Shown here: piece by piece, positions 10,829 to 20,774 of the stretch
Layout: the number at the start of each line of letters is the position of its first letter
Position numbering within the stretch: position 1 is the first letter of the stretch
From: Trypanosoma brucei
Lineage: Eukaryota
DNA length: 64,000 nt
Direction of reading: 5' to 3'
Assembly: GCA_000002445.1 (NCBI GenBank)
Contig: CH464491.1
Coordinates: 2,368,001-2,432,000, forward strand
Made by a program: the position numbers and the translations under genes
The notes under the pieces: model-generated
Seen by the model: the letters and a program-made list of their open reading frames with translations, nothing else
Database searches by the model: none
Told to the model about the DNA's origin: nothing

Positions 10829-12321
10829 CTTAGTGCGGGTGATACTGCTGATGGCACGCTAGCCACGTGCCCAGGGACCGACAAATGAAAAACGGTGTCA
10901 CAGCAAGACGCTGCTGATCCCTGTGCTGTATGATGCCGTAGCCGGAGCACAGCAGTGTTCCCCATGAAAGGAACGCTGCTGGCTCTTGGCTTCCCCCGAT
11001 GATACGGGGTACTGGACCCTGACACCACGTTGATGTGGCCGGCATCGCCAGGGTTCAAAACATTTTTTCCCAACCTAATGAAGGCTAGTCTTTTCGCTAG
11101 GCTCCTGCGTTGATTTGCCTTACTTTCACGGACTCTCTGTTCCGGCACCCATTGTTGTGGCAGCATGTCGCCCCTATTAGGGATTGTATTTGATGTCAAC
11201 GGGCGAACAACAGATGTAATGCCCTCGTTGGAGTCTTCAAGTGCCGTCCACTCCACCTTTCCCCTATTTACGGGGCTTAATTGCGCGTTCCTTTCAGTAA
11301 TTTGGGCCAACCAGCCCCCTTTTCTGAGGAAGTAAAAGGTTGTGGAGTTTTGAAGTACATTATCCTTTTCATATCGCGCCCCACTGCTACATTGGAGGTG
11401 ATCCAACTGTGGTAGCTGTTACGGTTCCGCACCACATTCTGAACGATCACCTCACAACGCCAGAAATAGGTAACGTTTGTGTGAAACAGCCTGTCTCCCA
11501 GTGTTGTGTGTCACATTAGGTCTTCACTGCCGGTGACCATTAAACTCTTCTCCAGTTGCCAAATTTAATATCAGCTTCTCTCACTCTCTTCCTTTGGGGC
11601 GCGCGAGTTCCGGCAGCAGGGCGACAATTCGAATCCGCTCAAAATAGCCGTGGACCTTTATTTCTCCCAGTAACTCCGACCTTCCCGTGCTCACGTTAGA
11701 GTTGTCGGGGAAAGGGAAATATGTCACAGCATGCTGTTCACTACTTTCAGGCACCATTGCAACAGTGACGCTTCCCAAATCTGTGTTTGTTCTCAGACTC
11801 GTAGCTACACCACTCCAAAACGAACGTGTGTTGACGCCCTGGTGCTTTTCTCTCTAAAATGGGCAAGCCCCGTGTGTTTGCAACCATAGGAGGTGAATGG
11901 CGCGGTTCCCATAATCTTTGCGATCACCTCCTGCGTGACGGAAAGGTCCAGCGCGCCCTCGCAGAGCATTGCCGGGAGGGTCACACGTTTCCGCCTGAGA
12001 GGTGTCCCTCCGTTTCGTTAAGCTCCGATGATGGGAGCGGGAACTGGGTTCTGCTTGGTATCCCCGCTGAGGGACAAGATAACCCCGTCAACAGAGCATA
12101 AAAGTGTGCACTTTCGCCGGCATTAGGCAGTGCTTAAAGTGGGCACCTTCCCGTGGTGCTCGACTGTTGCCGCACCTAGTTGCTCTGGTTGGCTGATGTC
12201 AGGTGCCACCGCTGTGCCAATGCTCGAAGGGGGGCCTTGTTCCTTACCTTGGAGGCCGACAGCCCCTGATACCACGATGGGACGACCGGTGTTCCCACGG
12301 TTGGTGTTGATGTTCTGCGTA

Positions 12322-12564
12322 CCCTAGCAATGCCGGCCACATCAACGTGGTGTCAGAGTCCGGTACCCCGTATCATCGGGGGAAGCCAAGAGCCAGCAGC
12401 GTTCCTTTCATGGGGAACACTGCTGTGCTCCGGCTACGGCATCAAAAAGCACAGGGATCAGCAGCGTCTTGCTGTGACACCGTTTTTCATTTGTCGGTCC
12501 CTGGGCACGTGGCAGCGTGCCATCAGCAGTATCACCCGCACTAAGATGCTGCTGTCCGGTGATG
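12322..12564 (+). mobile_element. Inverted 5'-terminal fragment of ingi/RIME (first ~240 bp only)
   Basis: CCCTAGCAATGCCGGCCACATCAACGTGGTGTCAGAGTCC... is ~93% identical to the 5' end of the minus-strand element (ORF-track pair MPATSTWCQGPVPRIIGG.../MPATSTWCQSPVPRIIGG...). Similarity stops right after ATGCTGCTGTCCGGTGATG. No RIME 3' half or poly(A) follows. Confidence 0.8.
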
Positions 12565-14526
12565 ATGTTTCGAATGATGTATTTTTAGGGTGTCGAGGGG
12601 GAATGCTGCCAAATCATCCGTCACTGAAGGGCGAAACTGGATTTGACCGAGGGTGAGTCCACCGCCTGCTCGTCATCTATCATTGCTCAGGCAAGAAGTG
12701 AGTGCACGGTGACGAAAAAATGATAGACACAAGTTGTTTGTAGATACGTATACGTAGCATTCTACAAAGAATCCAACAATTCCACCAACGAATGTTGCCA
12801 TCACTGAATACTGTCCGTTTAAGCCCATTTTCAACGCGGTTACAATAAAGAGTCCCTCGGAGAGGCTTTTGTTGTACTAGAGAAAGGGGGGAGAACGAAA
12901 TTTAATTCGTGTAGTTGCAGCAGTGGCGGAGGTTGGTAAGGGTTTCTCGTCTCGATTTTGAACCGCTGCTGCCGTAAGTAGGGATTTCCTGACTAGCGGC
13001 AATCAGGATAGTCATTCCGGTCTTCTGGTGGAAAAACTTTATTAAGGATTATGGCGCTTTTTGCTCTTCAGGGTGCCGTCTGCTCTAAGAGCCACAAGGA
13101 AGAGGGAGAAAACGCGTGGCGGAGGAAGAGGCACGGGGTTTACGAGGCTTTGGGGAGACTTCGACCCCTAGTGAGCGGCAACGCGGTACACCCTTGGCCC
13201 TCCCCGTCCTACGTCCATCACCCACAGTGACCCGGCTCCTAGGGCGTGTCACCGCTGCCTGATAGCTCGAGTAGTGGCTGCTAAACGCTTGCGGTGCCGG
13301 GAAGTGCGGTCTTTGATGTGACGCCTGCCGGAGGCAGGGCTTTTTACACAGCTTGCCTAACGAAGGTCGTGATTTGGTGGTCGCTGTAAATCGTCGATTG
13401 ACGTGGTCGTTTTGTGGCAATTCAGTCTGCCGGGGGCGGTTGGTGCTACCGCCGCAGATGTAGGAGGTGCCCTACCTGGTGCTCTCGGTAGTGCCTTCGC
13501 TTCTCCTCAGTCGTTTTTTTTTGGACTGTGGTCCGACGGAGGAGAGATATGGGGCTCGTATGTGCCAAACCAAGGGTGGGGATTGGATCCAAACCGACTG
13601 CCAGCGCTTCACTCACGGGGAGTTGGTTGGGCTCTCCGGGGTGGTCCCGCACCACCCACATGGGAAATGAGACGAGGGAGATATGACAGCAACTTGCTCA
13701 CCTGGCGTTCACGGCGCGGTGCCCGCTGCGATCTACGTTCTTTTATTTTTTGTTGGGGAGGAGTTCAGTGTCTCGTTCCTTTCCTCAGCTGCTATGGCAA
13801 AAATTGTGGTTCGTGTGTGGAGTACCAAGGGTGCCGCAAACAACAAGCAACTGCGCTCCCGTAGCAACTGTCCGTGATTTTTGTCTTCCATCAGGGGATG
13901 TTGTGGAGTTCTCTAATACCGCGTTGTTCTGGCACAGCTTACCCGCTTGTCTTTGGCTATGTCCGGCACCACCGAGTTTCTGCTGCTTCCACTCATATCT
14001 AATACTAGTTTTGTATATTTGTTATAGAGAGGGGGGGGGCGCCGTGATGTTAAGGCATGGCATCTGCCCTCGGTTTTACGGGCCTTCATCCAAAATTTGC
14101 GCCGTTATTTCATCTGCTTTCTGAGCTAACCCGACCTAAGTGTCATTTCTATGTCTTATGAAGGTGGGTAAGCCGCGTATACACTAAACTTCTGTGGTCT
14201 GTGGAGCGCCACGTTCGTGGCGTTATATGATAAAGGCGTGGTTAAAGAATCTAAAGTTGTCAGTGCATCCCGTTGTTGGTCTGTTCTGTGCAAGTCGTGG
14301 TGAATACGATTAATTTCTGTCTGTGAAGGGTTCATTATATTTGTGCCGCTTTGATGGTTACTTTATCCTTTATGGTATTTGCATTCTGATGATAAACCCT
14401 ATTTTGTTGTTGGGAGGAATCATTAGCTTTGTGTAACGCTAAATCTGTTAGCATATAAACGATTTTTCGTTGTCTGCGGCAGATAAGGCCTCACACAAAG
14501 AAAGTGTGCAAGGTTAGTGAAATTCA

Positions 14527-15573
14527 ATGGCCTTTTCTGCACTAGCCGCTGTTTTTTTCACCGGTTTCTGTGTTCTGTTCGCCACTATATTAGCTTTTTC
14601 TCCGCGACAGACCCATGATAGGAAGAAGGTGCTGGCGCGGTTGAGAGCTAAATTCCCCTACTCTGTCAGTAAGATCGCTCACAGAGGGGGGAGTATATTG
14701 GGACCGGAAAATACTTTGTATGCTTTCCACAGGGCAGTGAAGGAGGGCGCGGCGGACATGCTGGAGTTAGATGTTCGCGAAACCATGGACTATCGTATTG
14801 TGGTTTGCCATGACGAGTGGCTGGAAAGACTTTGTGGGAGTGCGTACAAGCACGTGACTGTAAAAGACATCACGGTTGGCGACGATCCCAACACCAATCT
14901 CCCCCAACTGCAAAGGAATATACCTCTCCATTTTGTGTCTAGTGAGAAAACCATGTACTGTGCCACAGATTCCGTACCAGTGGACGGCACCACTCGCTTG
15001 TGCTTGCTGGAAGAAGTATTCGAAGCATTTCCTACTATCCCAATTCACATTGATATTAAATATGCGAGTTCAGATTTCACTGATCGGATATTCGATTTGA
15101 TTAAGAAATATGGACGCGAACCGGTTACATTCGTTGGCAGTAGCAACTGGAGGAATGAAATATATATTACAAGGCATATGAAAAGACTTTCTTCACAGAA
15201 GGACAAGTGTAAATTTCACACCTTCGCCGGTCCCATAGACTACGTGCTTGTGCACGTTGCTCACTATATTGGCGTGCTGCCGCTGATCCCCTTGAACTTT
15301 GATATTTTTTCTGTTCCCTTATTTACGAAACGAAAGAAACAAGAAATTCCATTTTTCTTGCGGCCGATAGCACAGCTTTTAAATTCCCCGTCCCTGTGGA
15401 TGCACTTGCAGCAGCGGGGTATTCTTGTTGTCGGTTGGGTGCTAAACGACGTCGATGAGTTCGAGGAGGCTTCTAGATGGCCAATAAATGGTGTAATGAC
15501 CGATGATCCAATATCATTCAACGGTTTCCTAATATCACACGACGTTTCTAATACGATGAATTTGCTGAACTGA
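14527..15573 (+). CDS. Glycerophosphodiester phosphodiesterase (GDPD/GP-PDE family) with N-terminal membrane anchor
   Basis: 348 aa. HRGG...GPENTLYAFHRAVKEGAADMLELDVRETMDYRIVVCHDEWL matches the GP-PDE catalytic signature (HR(G)x, E-N-T, E-x-D-V, HD). Hydrophobic N-terminus. Confidence 0.8.
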   Translation: MAFSALAAVFFTGFCVLFATILAFSPRQTHDRKKVLARLRAKFPYSVSKIAHRGGSILGPENTLYAFHRAVKEGAADMLELDVRETMDYRIVVCHDEWLERLCGSAYKHVTVKDITVGDDPNTNLPQLQRNIPLHFVSSEKTMYCATDSVPVDGTTRLCLLEEVFEAFPTIPIHIDIKYASSDFTDRIFDLIKKYGREPVTFVGSSNWRNEIYITRHMKRLSSQKDKCKFHTFAGPIDYVLVHVAHYIGVLPLIPLNFDIFSVPLFTKRKKQEIPFFLRPIAQLLNSPSLWMHLQQRGILVVGWVLNDVDEFEEASRWPINGVMTDDPISFNGFLISHDVSNTMNLLN

Positions 15574-15802
15574 AATAATGCGGAAGATGCTGTCTTTCCC
15601 TCCACCACTTAACGTGTCGTTCTGTGGGAGCACGGTTTTTTACAATTATGCCGTCTTGGAACATCATTAATTGAAGGGAAAGTACTTTCCCCTCCCGTTT
15701 TAACTTGGGAAACTATATATCTTCGTTAACAGTCAGTCTTTATATATTATTTTTCACTGAATATACTATACCACCGATTCACATTTTTTTTCCATAAAGA
15801 AG

Positions 15803-16270
15803 GTGTGTTACAACCGTCGTTGGATCTTTTGGAGGGTGTCAGCTAGGGTCATGCGGGCACTATACCAGTTCGTTGCGGGTGCCCTTTTTTCCGCCTCTTT
15901 GTTTGTCTTTGCAGACGGACTGATAGTGGCGACGCAAAATGCTCTTCCGTATAATTTTTTGATGTGGCTGCCATCGTTGTTGATGTTTTGCGGGATGTTC
16001 GTTCTTTGCTATGTCGATGCCGGAGCAATTAGCAATCGATATGATCTAATGGGTGATGGCGATTCATCACGTGACCGTGTCTTCTTCTTTGCGTCGGTCC
16101 TGTTTATGGTTAGCGGATTTGCCGTTTCTCTTTGGAAGGCAATTGATCCCTACACCAATGCTGGTGTTCCGTGGCCCGGTGCCTCTCTCGTTATTCAAAG
16201 CGCATTACTTATTGCTTCCTTTGCGCTGTTGTTTTGGCAGAAAACACAAGATAGCAATTCATTCTTGTGA
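15803..16270 (+). CDS. Small four-helix membrane protein, TMEM50/DUF872-like
   Basis: 155-aa ORF; the likely start is the internal Met at 15851 (MRALYQFVAG...). Four hydrophobic segments. The pattern YQFVAGALFSASLFVFADGLIVA ... PGASLVIQSALLIASFALLFWQKTQD resembles TMEM50A/B. Weak, from memory. Confidence 0.45.
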   Translation: MCYNRRWIFWRVSARVMRALYQFVAGALFSASLFVFADGLIVATQNALPYNFLMWLPSLLMFCGMFVLCYVDAGAISNRYDLMGDGDSSRDRVFFFASVLFMVSGFAVSLWKAIDPYTNAGVPWPGASLVIQSALLIASFALLFWQKTQDSNSFL

Positions 16271-16503
16271 GTGAATTTCGAAGCAATACTTGTCGTCATA
16301 TTTGTTTCAATTTCCCCCATCCACCTCATTTTCCTTGTGTTTTGTGTCAGCGCGACTTGCGGGCATGCCGTGTGGCTCGTTTTGCGGACGTTAGGACACC
16401 TTTGTCTTATGTTATGCGTTGACTGTTGCGGTCTTGACTATTATTTTATTGCTGTTTTTTTATGTGTAATATGGATTACAAGCAACGCCATAGTTACTAG
16501 CGG

Positions 16504-18402
16504 ATGTCTGGACCGGTTTCCCAGCTCAGTAATGAGCGTTTGAGGGAGTTACGTGCTGCCGTCCATTCGTTTCTTCAGGATTCTAGCGTCTACTCCAGTA
16601 TTCGTGACATTATAGATACCTATGTCACTGAAAATCCCGAGGGTTCGGTGACAGCATCATCTTCGGCTGACGTGATGAAAATTATACGTGAAAGAGGTCT
16701 AGTGCAGGAACTACTGAACAAGCTGCAGGATGAGAAGCGTGCGGACGCCAAGAACACAATAACTCCTTGTCATTTATGGAAGCTTCTTCCTGGTGAATAT
16801 TATTTGCATGTCCGGCTTGCAGGGGGTAAGGCATTTGTGGACAACCTTGACATAGCTCCCAGTGTAGCCCAAGACTATCATATGTACGTGGCCTTGCAAT
16901 TTGGACCCCATCGCTATCGATCCGTTTCTCAAGATGTTTCTGTGGATCCGCCCTTTCGTGATGAGTTTCTGATTCATCTTGACTACAAAGCATTTGGTAC
17001 ATCAGCCCTCGACTTGATTGAAATTTCCACCCCTTTCAATTTGGCTGTCATACGGGAGGACCGTTTTTTATCAACAGCGACAATGGTTGGTGAGAACGTT
17101 GTTGACTGGAGGAAAGTTTTACGAACTGGCTATCTTGGGTTAACCGTAGAATTGTGTGGTGAAAATCCAGGAATCCCCGCGGGTATTATAGAACTACAAA
17201 TAGAAATACTTCCCAATAAAGCGCCTCGTTTTACCGATGAAGAAATTGTCAGGAGAATTGAGTTGCAAAGGTCAGGAATAACATCAGCCGATCGCGAATT
17301 TCTTCTTTACGCACGACGTTGGTGGAAAGAATTCCAAGACATTCGACCGGGTCACAAACAGAGGAGAGTGAAAGTGTTTGCTTCTACTCCAAGTGGGAGA
17401 ATGGTTCCCACGGCCCACTTCGTCTCCGTTATTCGCTCCGAAAGGGGGATTGAAACCCCTTTCGACGCAGCAAGGTTTGTTTCGCTGTTTGCAGTGACAA
17501 CAGAAGAGCATCTTACTCAGGAAGTCCTTAGTGGTTCTGGGGGTAACAGCTCTGGGGCGACGTGGGTTTCCTTGCTTACTTTCCTCTCCCAGAGGCGTGG
17601 TGATGTCTGCAATCATTCTACACTCCTTTGTTCGCTTCTGTTGGGGTTCGGTCTCGACGCGTACTGTGCCGTGGGAAGCGATAGAAAGGGGAAGACGACA
17701 ATGTTTGTCGTGACGCGCAGGAGGGTTGTGGCCGGCACCTTTGAAGTCACTCTGTGGGAGCCCACCTCCGGGAGTCGCTTTTTACTAACAGAGCCTCACC
17801 CGTTTGAAACCATCGGCTGTATGTTTACTCACCGATCGTTTTATGCAAACATTCAGCAGTCCGATTTTGTAGTAACTACTTCATTCGATGTCGACAACGA
17901 GGAACTGTGGAAGCCCATGAATCCTCTGAAACTTCGCATGGTTCCCAAGTCACCCAACCCATCGCTCTTATGGGTTTCTCGTGATGTCAAAAAGCTAGAA
18001 AATGAGCTACAGGGATCACTCGTGCGGGAAATAACGAATTACCGTGATGCACGCGGAATCGTTTCGAACATCGATGAGCGACTTTCGTACGTTCTTTCCC
18101 AGGCTCTTTGTGCCTACGAAAACCACCGAAGGAGGGGCACACCAGAGGATTTGTCACTCTTCGAGTCTTGCGTGAAGGGAACCATTGGTGATGGCAAAAC
18201 CTTCAGAGGCGTTCCAGTTAACGTTACGCATTTGAACTCTCACAAGATACTTGCTGCATTCGGGGAGAGTACCTCGGGAAGAGAGATATTAGAGTTGAGT
18301 GCAGATGGCCTAACGCTTGGTATCCAAGTTAAGGTTTTCCCCTTCCCTGAAGAGGTGCTCTCAGTTTGGGTAATGCTGGCGGCAGCCTACAGGTCTCCAT
18401 GA
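16504..18402 (+). CDS. Conserved hypothetical protein; possible C2-like N-terminal region plus degenerate transglutaminase-like region (CEP76-like architecture)
   Basis: 632-aa ORF, well embedded in the + strand gene train. The N-terminal beta-rich segment (YYLHVRLAGGKAFVDNLDIAPSVAQDYHMYVALQFGPHRYRS) resembles a C2 fold. The middle (QRRGDVCNHSTLLCSLLLGFGLDAYCAVGSD) resembles a transglutaminase-like core. Domain assignment is tentative. Confidence 0.55.
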   Translation: MSGPVSQLSNERLRELRAAVHSFLQDSSVYSSIRDIIDTYVTENPEGSVTASSSADVMKIIRERGLVQELLNKLQDEKRADAKNTITPCHLWKLLPGEYYLHVRLAGGKAFVDNLDIAPSVAQDYHMYVALQFGPHRYRSVSQDVSVDPPFRDEFLIHLDYKAFGTSALDLIEISTPFNLAVIREDRFLSTATMVGENVVDWRKVLRTGYLGLTVELCGENPGIPAGIIELQIEILPNKAPRFTDEEIVRRIELQRSGITSADREFLLYARRWWKEFQDIRPGHKQRRVKVFASTPSGRMVPTAHFVSVIRSERGIETPFDAARFVSLFAVTTEEHLTQEVLSGSGGNSSGATWVSLLTFLSQRRGDVCNHSTLLCSLLLGFGLDAYCAVGSDRKGKTTMFVVTRRRVVAGTFEVTLWEPTSGSRFLLTEPHPFETIGCMFTHRSFYANIQQSDFVVTTSFDVDNEELWKPMNPLKLRMVPKSPNPSLLWVSRDVKKLENELQGSLVREITNYRDARGIVSNIDERLSYVLSQALCAYENHRRRGTPEDLSLFESCVKGTIGDGKTFRGVPVNVTHLNSHKILAAFGESTSGREILELSADGLTLGIQVKVFPFPEEVLSVWVMLAAAYRSP

Positions 18403-18680
18403 GCCCCAAAGGTAATCCCTAGTAGGATTTTGTGAGTGCTTTCCACTAAACGGTGATGGATGGATTCCCTTTGACTGACTTAGACCCACTGCACACCACG
18501 TTCAACCGTGTGCCTGAGGATGTGTTGGGGGTGGATTGCGCCAGTTACCAGTGGTTCCATTGTTGCTCATTCATTTAGTGAATCGTCTTGATTCATCAGA
18601 TGTATCGTTTTTAGCCCTGTTTATACACTTTATTTTTAACTTTCTTTTAGTTTTCTCTAGCTAGCATACGGCACATAAGC

Positions 18681-20321
18681 ATGAGGGCCCTGCGTTGTGT
18701 TAGGAGGGGTGTTTATCGCCAGTCAGTACGACTCTGTTATTTTATGTCGCTGGAGTGTTCACTACGTCCAATCACAGGTGCCTCCGCACGATTACTGTGC
18801 CGATTTACTGCTCCGACTTGGCCCAGAAAAAATGAGGTGGAGGAAGGGGATGTGGGGACGACAGAGTCCACTTCGCAAGATGTGCGGTCAATATTTCGTA
18901 GTAACATCGAAACACACTCCGAAGTATCGCTCGAATCCTCAGCAAGTCCAGCTTTGCCACCCAAAACTGCGGCGTTGGATGTGTCTGTTCTCGACAGTAA
19001 GGGTAACGCGGTCCCAGTGAATCCTGTTAAGCTCTTTTCTGATCTCGACAATCTACCTGATTGGCTGTCGAAGGGACTCCAGTCGTCCGGATTTTCATGT
19101 ACCACCCCCATTCAAAGCTATACTATTCCAGTCCTTGACGAGGGTCACGATATGATCGGCCTGGCTCCTACAGGTTCGGGGAAAACTGTAGCCTTCGCCG
19201 TTCCCGCCCTAAAAAAGTTTCAGTGGAGTCCGAACGGTTCACCAAGGATAGTGGTTCTCGCACCAACAAGGGAGCTAGTTCAACAAACTGCGAAAGTGTT
19301 CCATCAGTTGAGTTCGGGGAAAGTTCGTGTGTGCGAAGCGTACGGTGGTGCCCCACGTGAAGCGCAGGCCCGTCGGTTGCACAATGGTTGCGATGTTCTC
19401 GTGGCGTGCCCAGGTCGGTTGAAGGACTTCTTGCAGAACGGCGACGTGATCTTTGATGAAGTGTCGTTTTTGGTCTTCGATGAGGCTGATCGTCTACTGG
19501 ACATGGGGTTCAAGGTCCAATTAGACGACATTCTGGGTTACTTTTCGAGCCACCGCCCTGCTCAAACGATGATGTGGTCCGCTACCTGGCCCCCAGTTGT
19601 GGAGCAACTGGCCCAAGAGTATCTCTCACAGAATCGCTACGTAATCCGGTCTGGAACTGCCGGAACGGGACTTCAGGTCAACGAGAATATTAAGCAGCAC
19701 ATTTTCTTTGCTGATGCCCCCGAAGAGCGCGTGAAAACACTTGTTTCTCTCATTAAGGAGGGGAAAATTGACGAGAATACCGCTAAGATGATGATATTTG
19801 TCGAGCGTCAAACTGACACAGAGAATGCAGCCTACGCGCTGGCCCGTATGTTGGGGATTCATAGCAGATGCATTGGAGTGGTGCACGGCGGGATGCAACA
19901 GCGGCAGAGGGATCATATAATGGGCATATTCAAGGAAGGACGGATTCGGATACTTGTAGCCACTGACGTGGCCTCTCGTGGACTTGACTTCCCGGATGTA
20001 ACTTGCGTTGTTAACCTCATAGCCCCCAAGAACATTGACAGCTACTGCCACCGCATTGGTCGGACCGGAAGGGCTGGTCGCACCGGTGAGTCCTTTACCT
20101 TTATTGGGCGTTCGGATGGATCTCTGGCGAAGGACTTGATAAATTACCTGGAAAAATGTGGTATGGACGTCCCTCAGCGGTTAGTGGAGTTTGCTGAAGA
20201 GCACGCCCAAGGGGAGGAGATAAAGCGTATGAAACGACCGTGGCGCGGTAGGCAGCAGCGTGAGGGGAGGAGCCAGTCGCGGGGTGGTCGTGAGCCGGCA
20301 CCTCGTGACAGTGGTTGGTAG
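18681..20321 (+). CDS. DEAD-box ATP-dependent RNA helicase
   Basis: 546 aa. Q-motif (TPIQSYTIP), motif I APTGSGKT, Ia PTRELV, DEAD box (VFDEADRLLDMGF), SAT (SATWPP), motif V (ATDVASRGLDFP), motif VI (HRIGRTGRAGRTG). Arg-rich, acidic-free N-terminus (MRALRCVRRGVYRQSVRL) could be a mitochondrial presequence. Confidence 0.9.
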   Translation: MRALRCVRRGVYRQSVRLCYFMSLECSLRPITGASARLLCRFTAPTWPRKNEVEEGDVGTTESTSQDVRSIFRSNIETHSEVSLESSASPALPPKTAALDVSVLDSKGNAVPVNPVKLFSDLDNLPDWLSKGLQSSGFSCTTPIQSYTIPVLDEGHDMIGLAPTGSGKTVAFAVPALKKFQWSPNGSPRIVVLAPTRELVQQTAKVFHQLSSGKVRVCEAYGGAPREAQARRLHNGCDVLVACPGRLKDFLQNGDVIFDEVSFLVFDEADRLLDMGFKVQLDDILGYFSSHRPAQTMMWSATWPPVVEQLAQEYLSQNRYVIRSGTAGTGLQVNENIKQHIFFADAPEERVKTLVSLIKEGKIDENTAKMMIFVERQTDTENAAYALARMLGIHSRCIGVVHGGMQQRQRDHIMGIFKEGRIRILVATDVASRGLDFPDVTCVVNLIAPKNIDSYCHRIGRTGRAGRTGESFTFIGRSDGSLAKDLINYLEKCGMDVPQRLVEFAEEHAQGEEIKRMKRPWRGRQQREGRSQSRGGREPAPRDSGW

Positions 20322-20774
20322 TTGCTGCGCAGTTTTGTTGCTGTCAGGACTTGTGGTGACTGACATGTTTCTGTCATTTCTACTTTAGCACATTAGTTTC
20401 ACATAGTGATCCTGGCATATGATGGACCTTCTTTCCTCGTCACTGGTGCGTGAACCCCTTTTCGGTGTGAGCGTACCTTTTGTTCGTTTTTTCACGTGTG
20501 TTATTTCCTAGAGCTTCACATCTGGTGATAGGCTCACGTGGCGTTGTAGTTAAATTCTTTAAGAAACCTGCGAGAGGTATTTCTAAAATAGTACAACACG
20601 ATGGAAAAATGTTGAAATAAATCTTAAATGAAACGGCACGTTCAAATAAGGAGAAAGGAACTATCAATGACATGTTTATTCGTTAAGCACTAACTTGTCA
20701 CCGCTTTGTCCACAATGTTTTTCCATCCGAACCAATTTACCACGCGAGGAACTTAGTCAATAAATTTCTAGGCA

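Larger units (their letters stand above)
7116..11053 (-). mobile_element. ingi non-LTR (LINE-like) retrotransposon, apparently full length but interrupted by an assembly gap
   Basis: Minus-strand 5' end CCCTGGCGATGCCGGCCACATCAACGTGGTGTCAG (rc of ~11020-11053) matches the remembered ingi/RIME 5' terminus. The 3' end is a poly(A) run (T-run at 7116-7124 on + strand). Internal ORFs carry endonuclease, RT and C2H2 zinc-finger regions. Visible length is ~3.9 kb plus gap, versus ~5.2 kb expected. Confidence 0.85.

Noticed and set aside
11054-12321. Possible gene in the 1.27 kb between the inverted ingi ends (ORFs 10735..11406 -, 11859..12101 +)
   Set aside because: ORFs are short and motif-less. 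One simply reads across the element boundary. No support for a functional gene. The segment is treated as rearranged flank.
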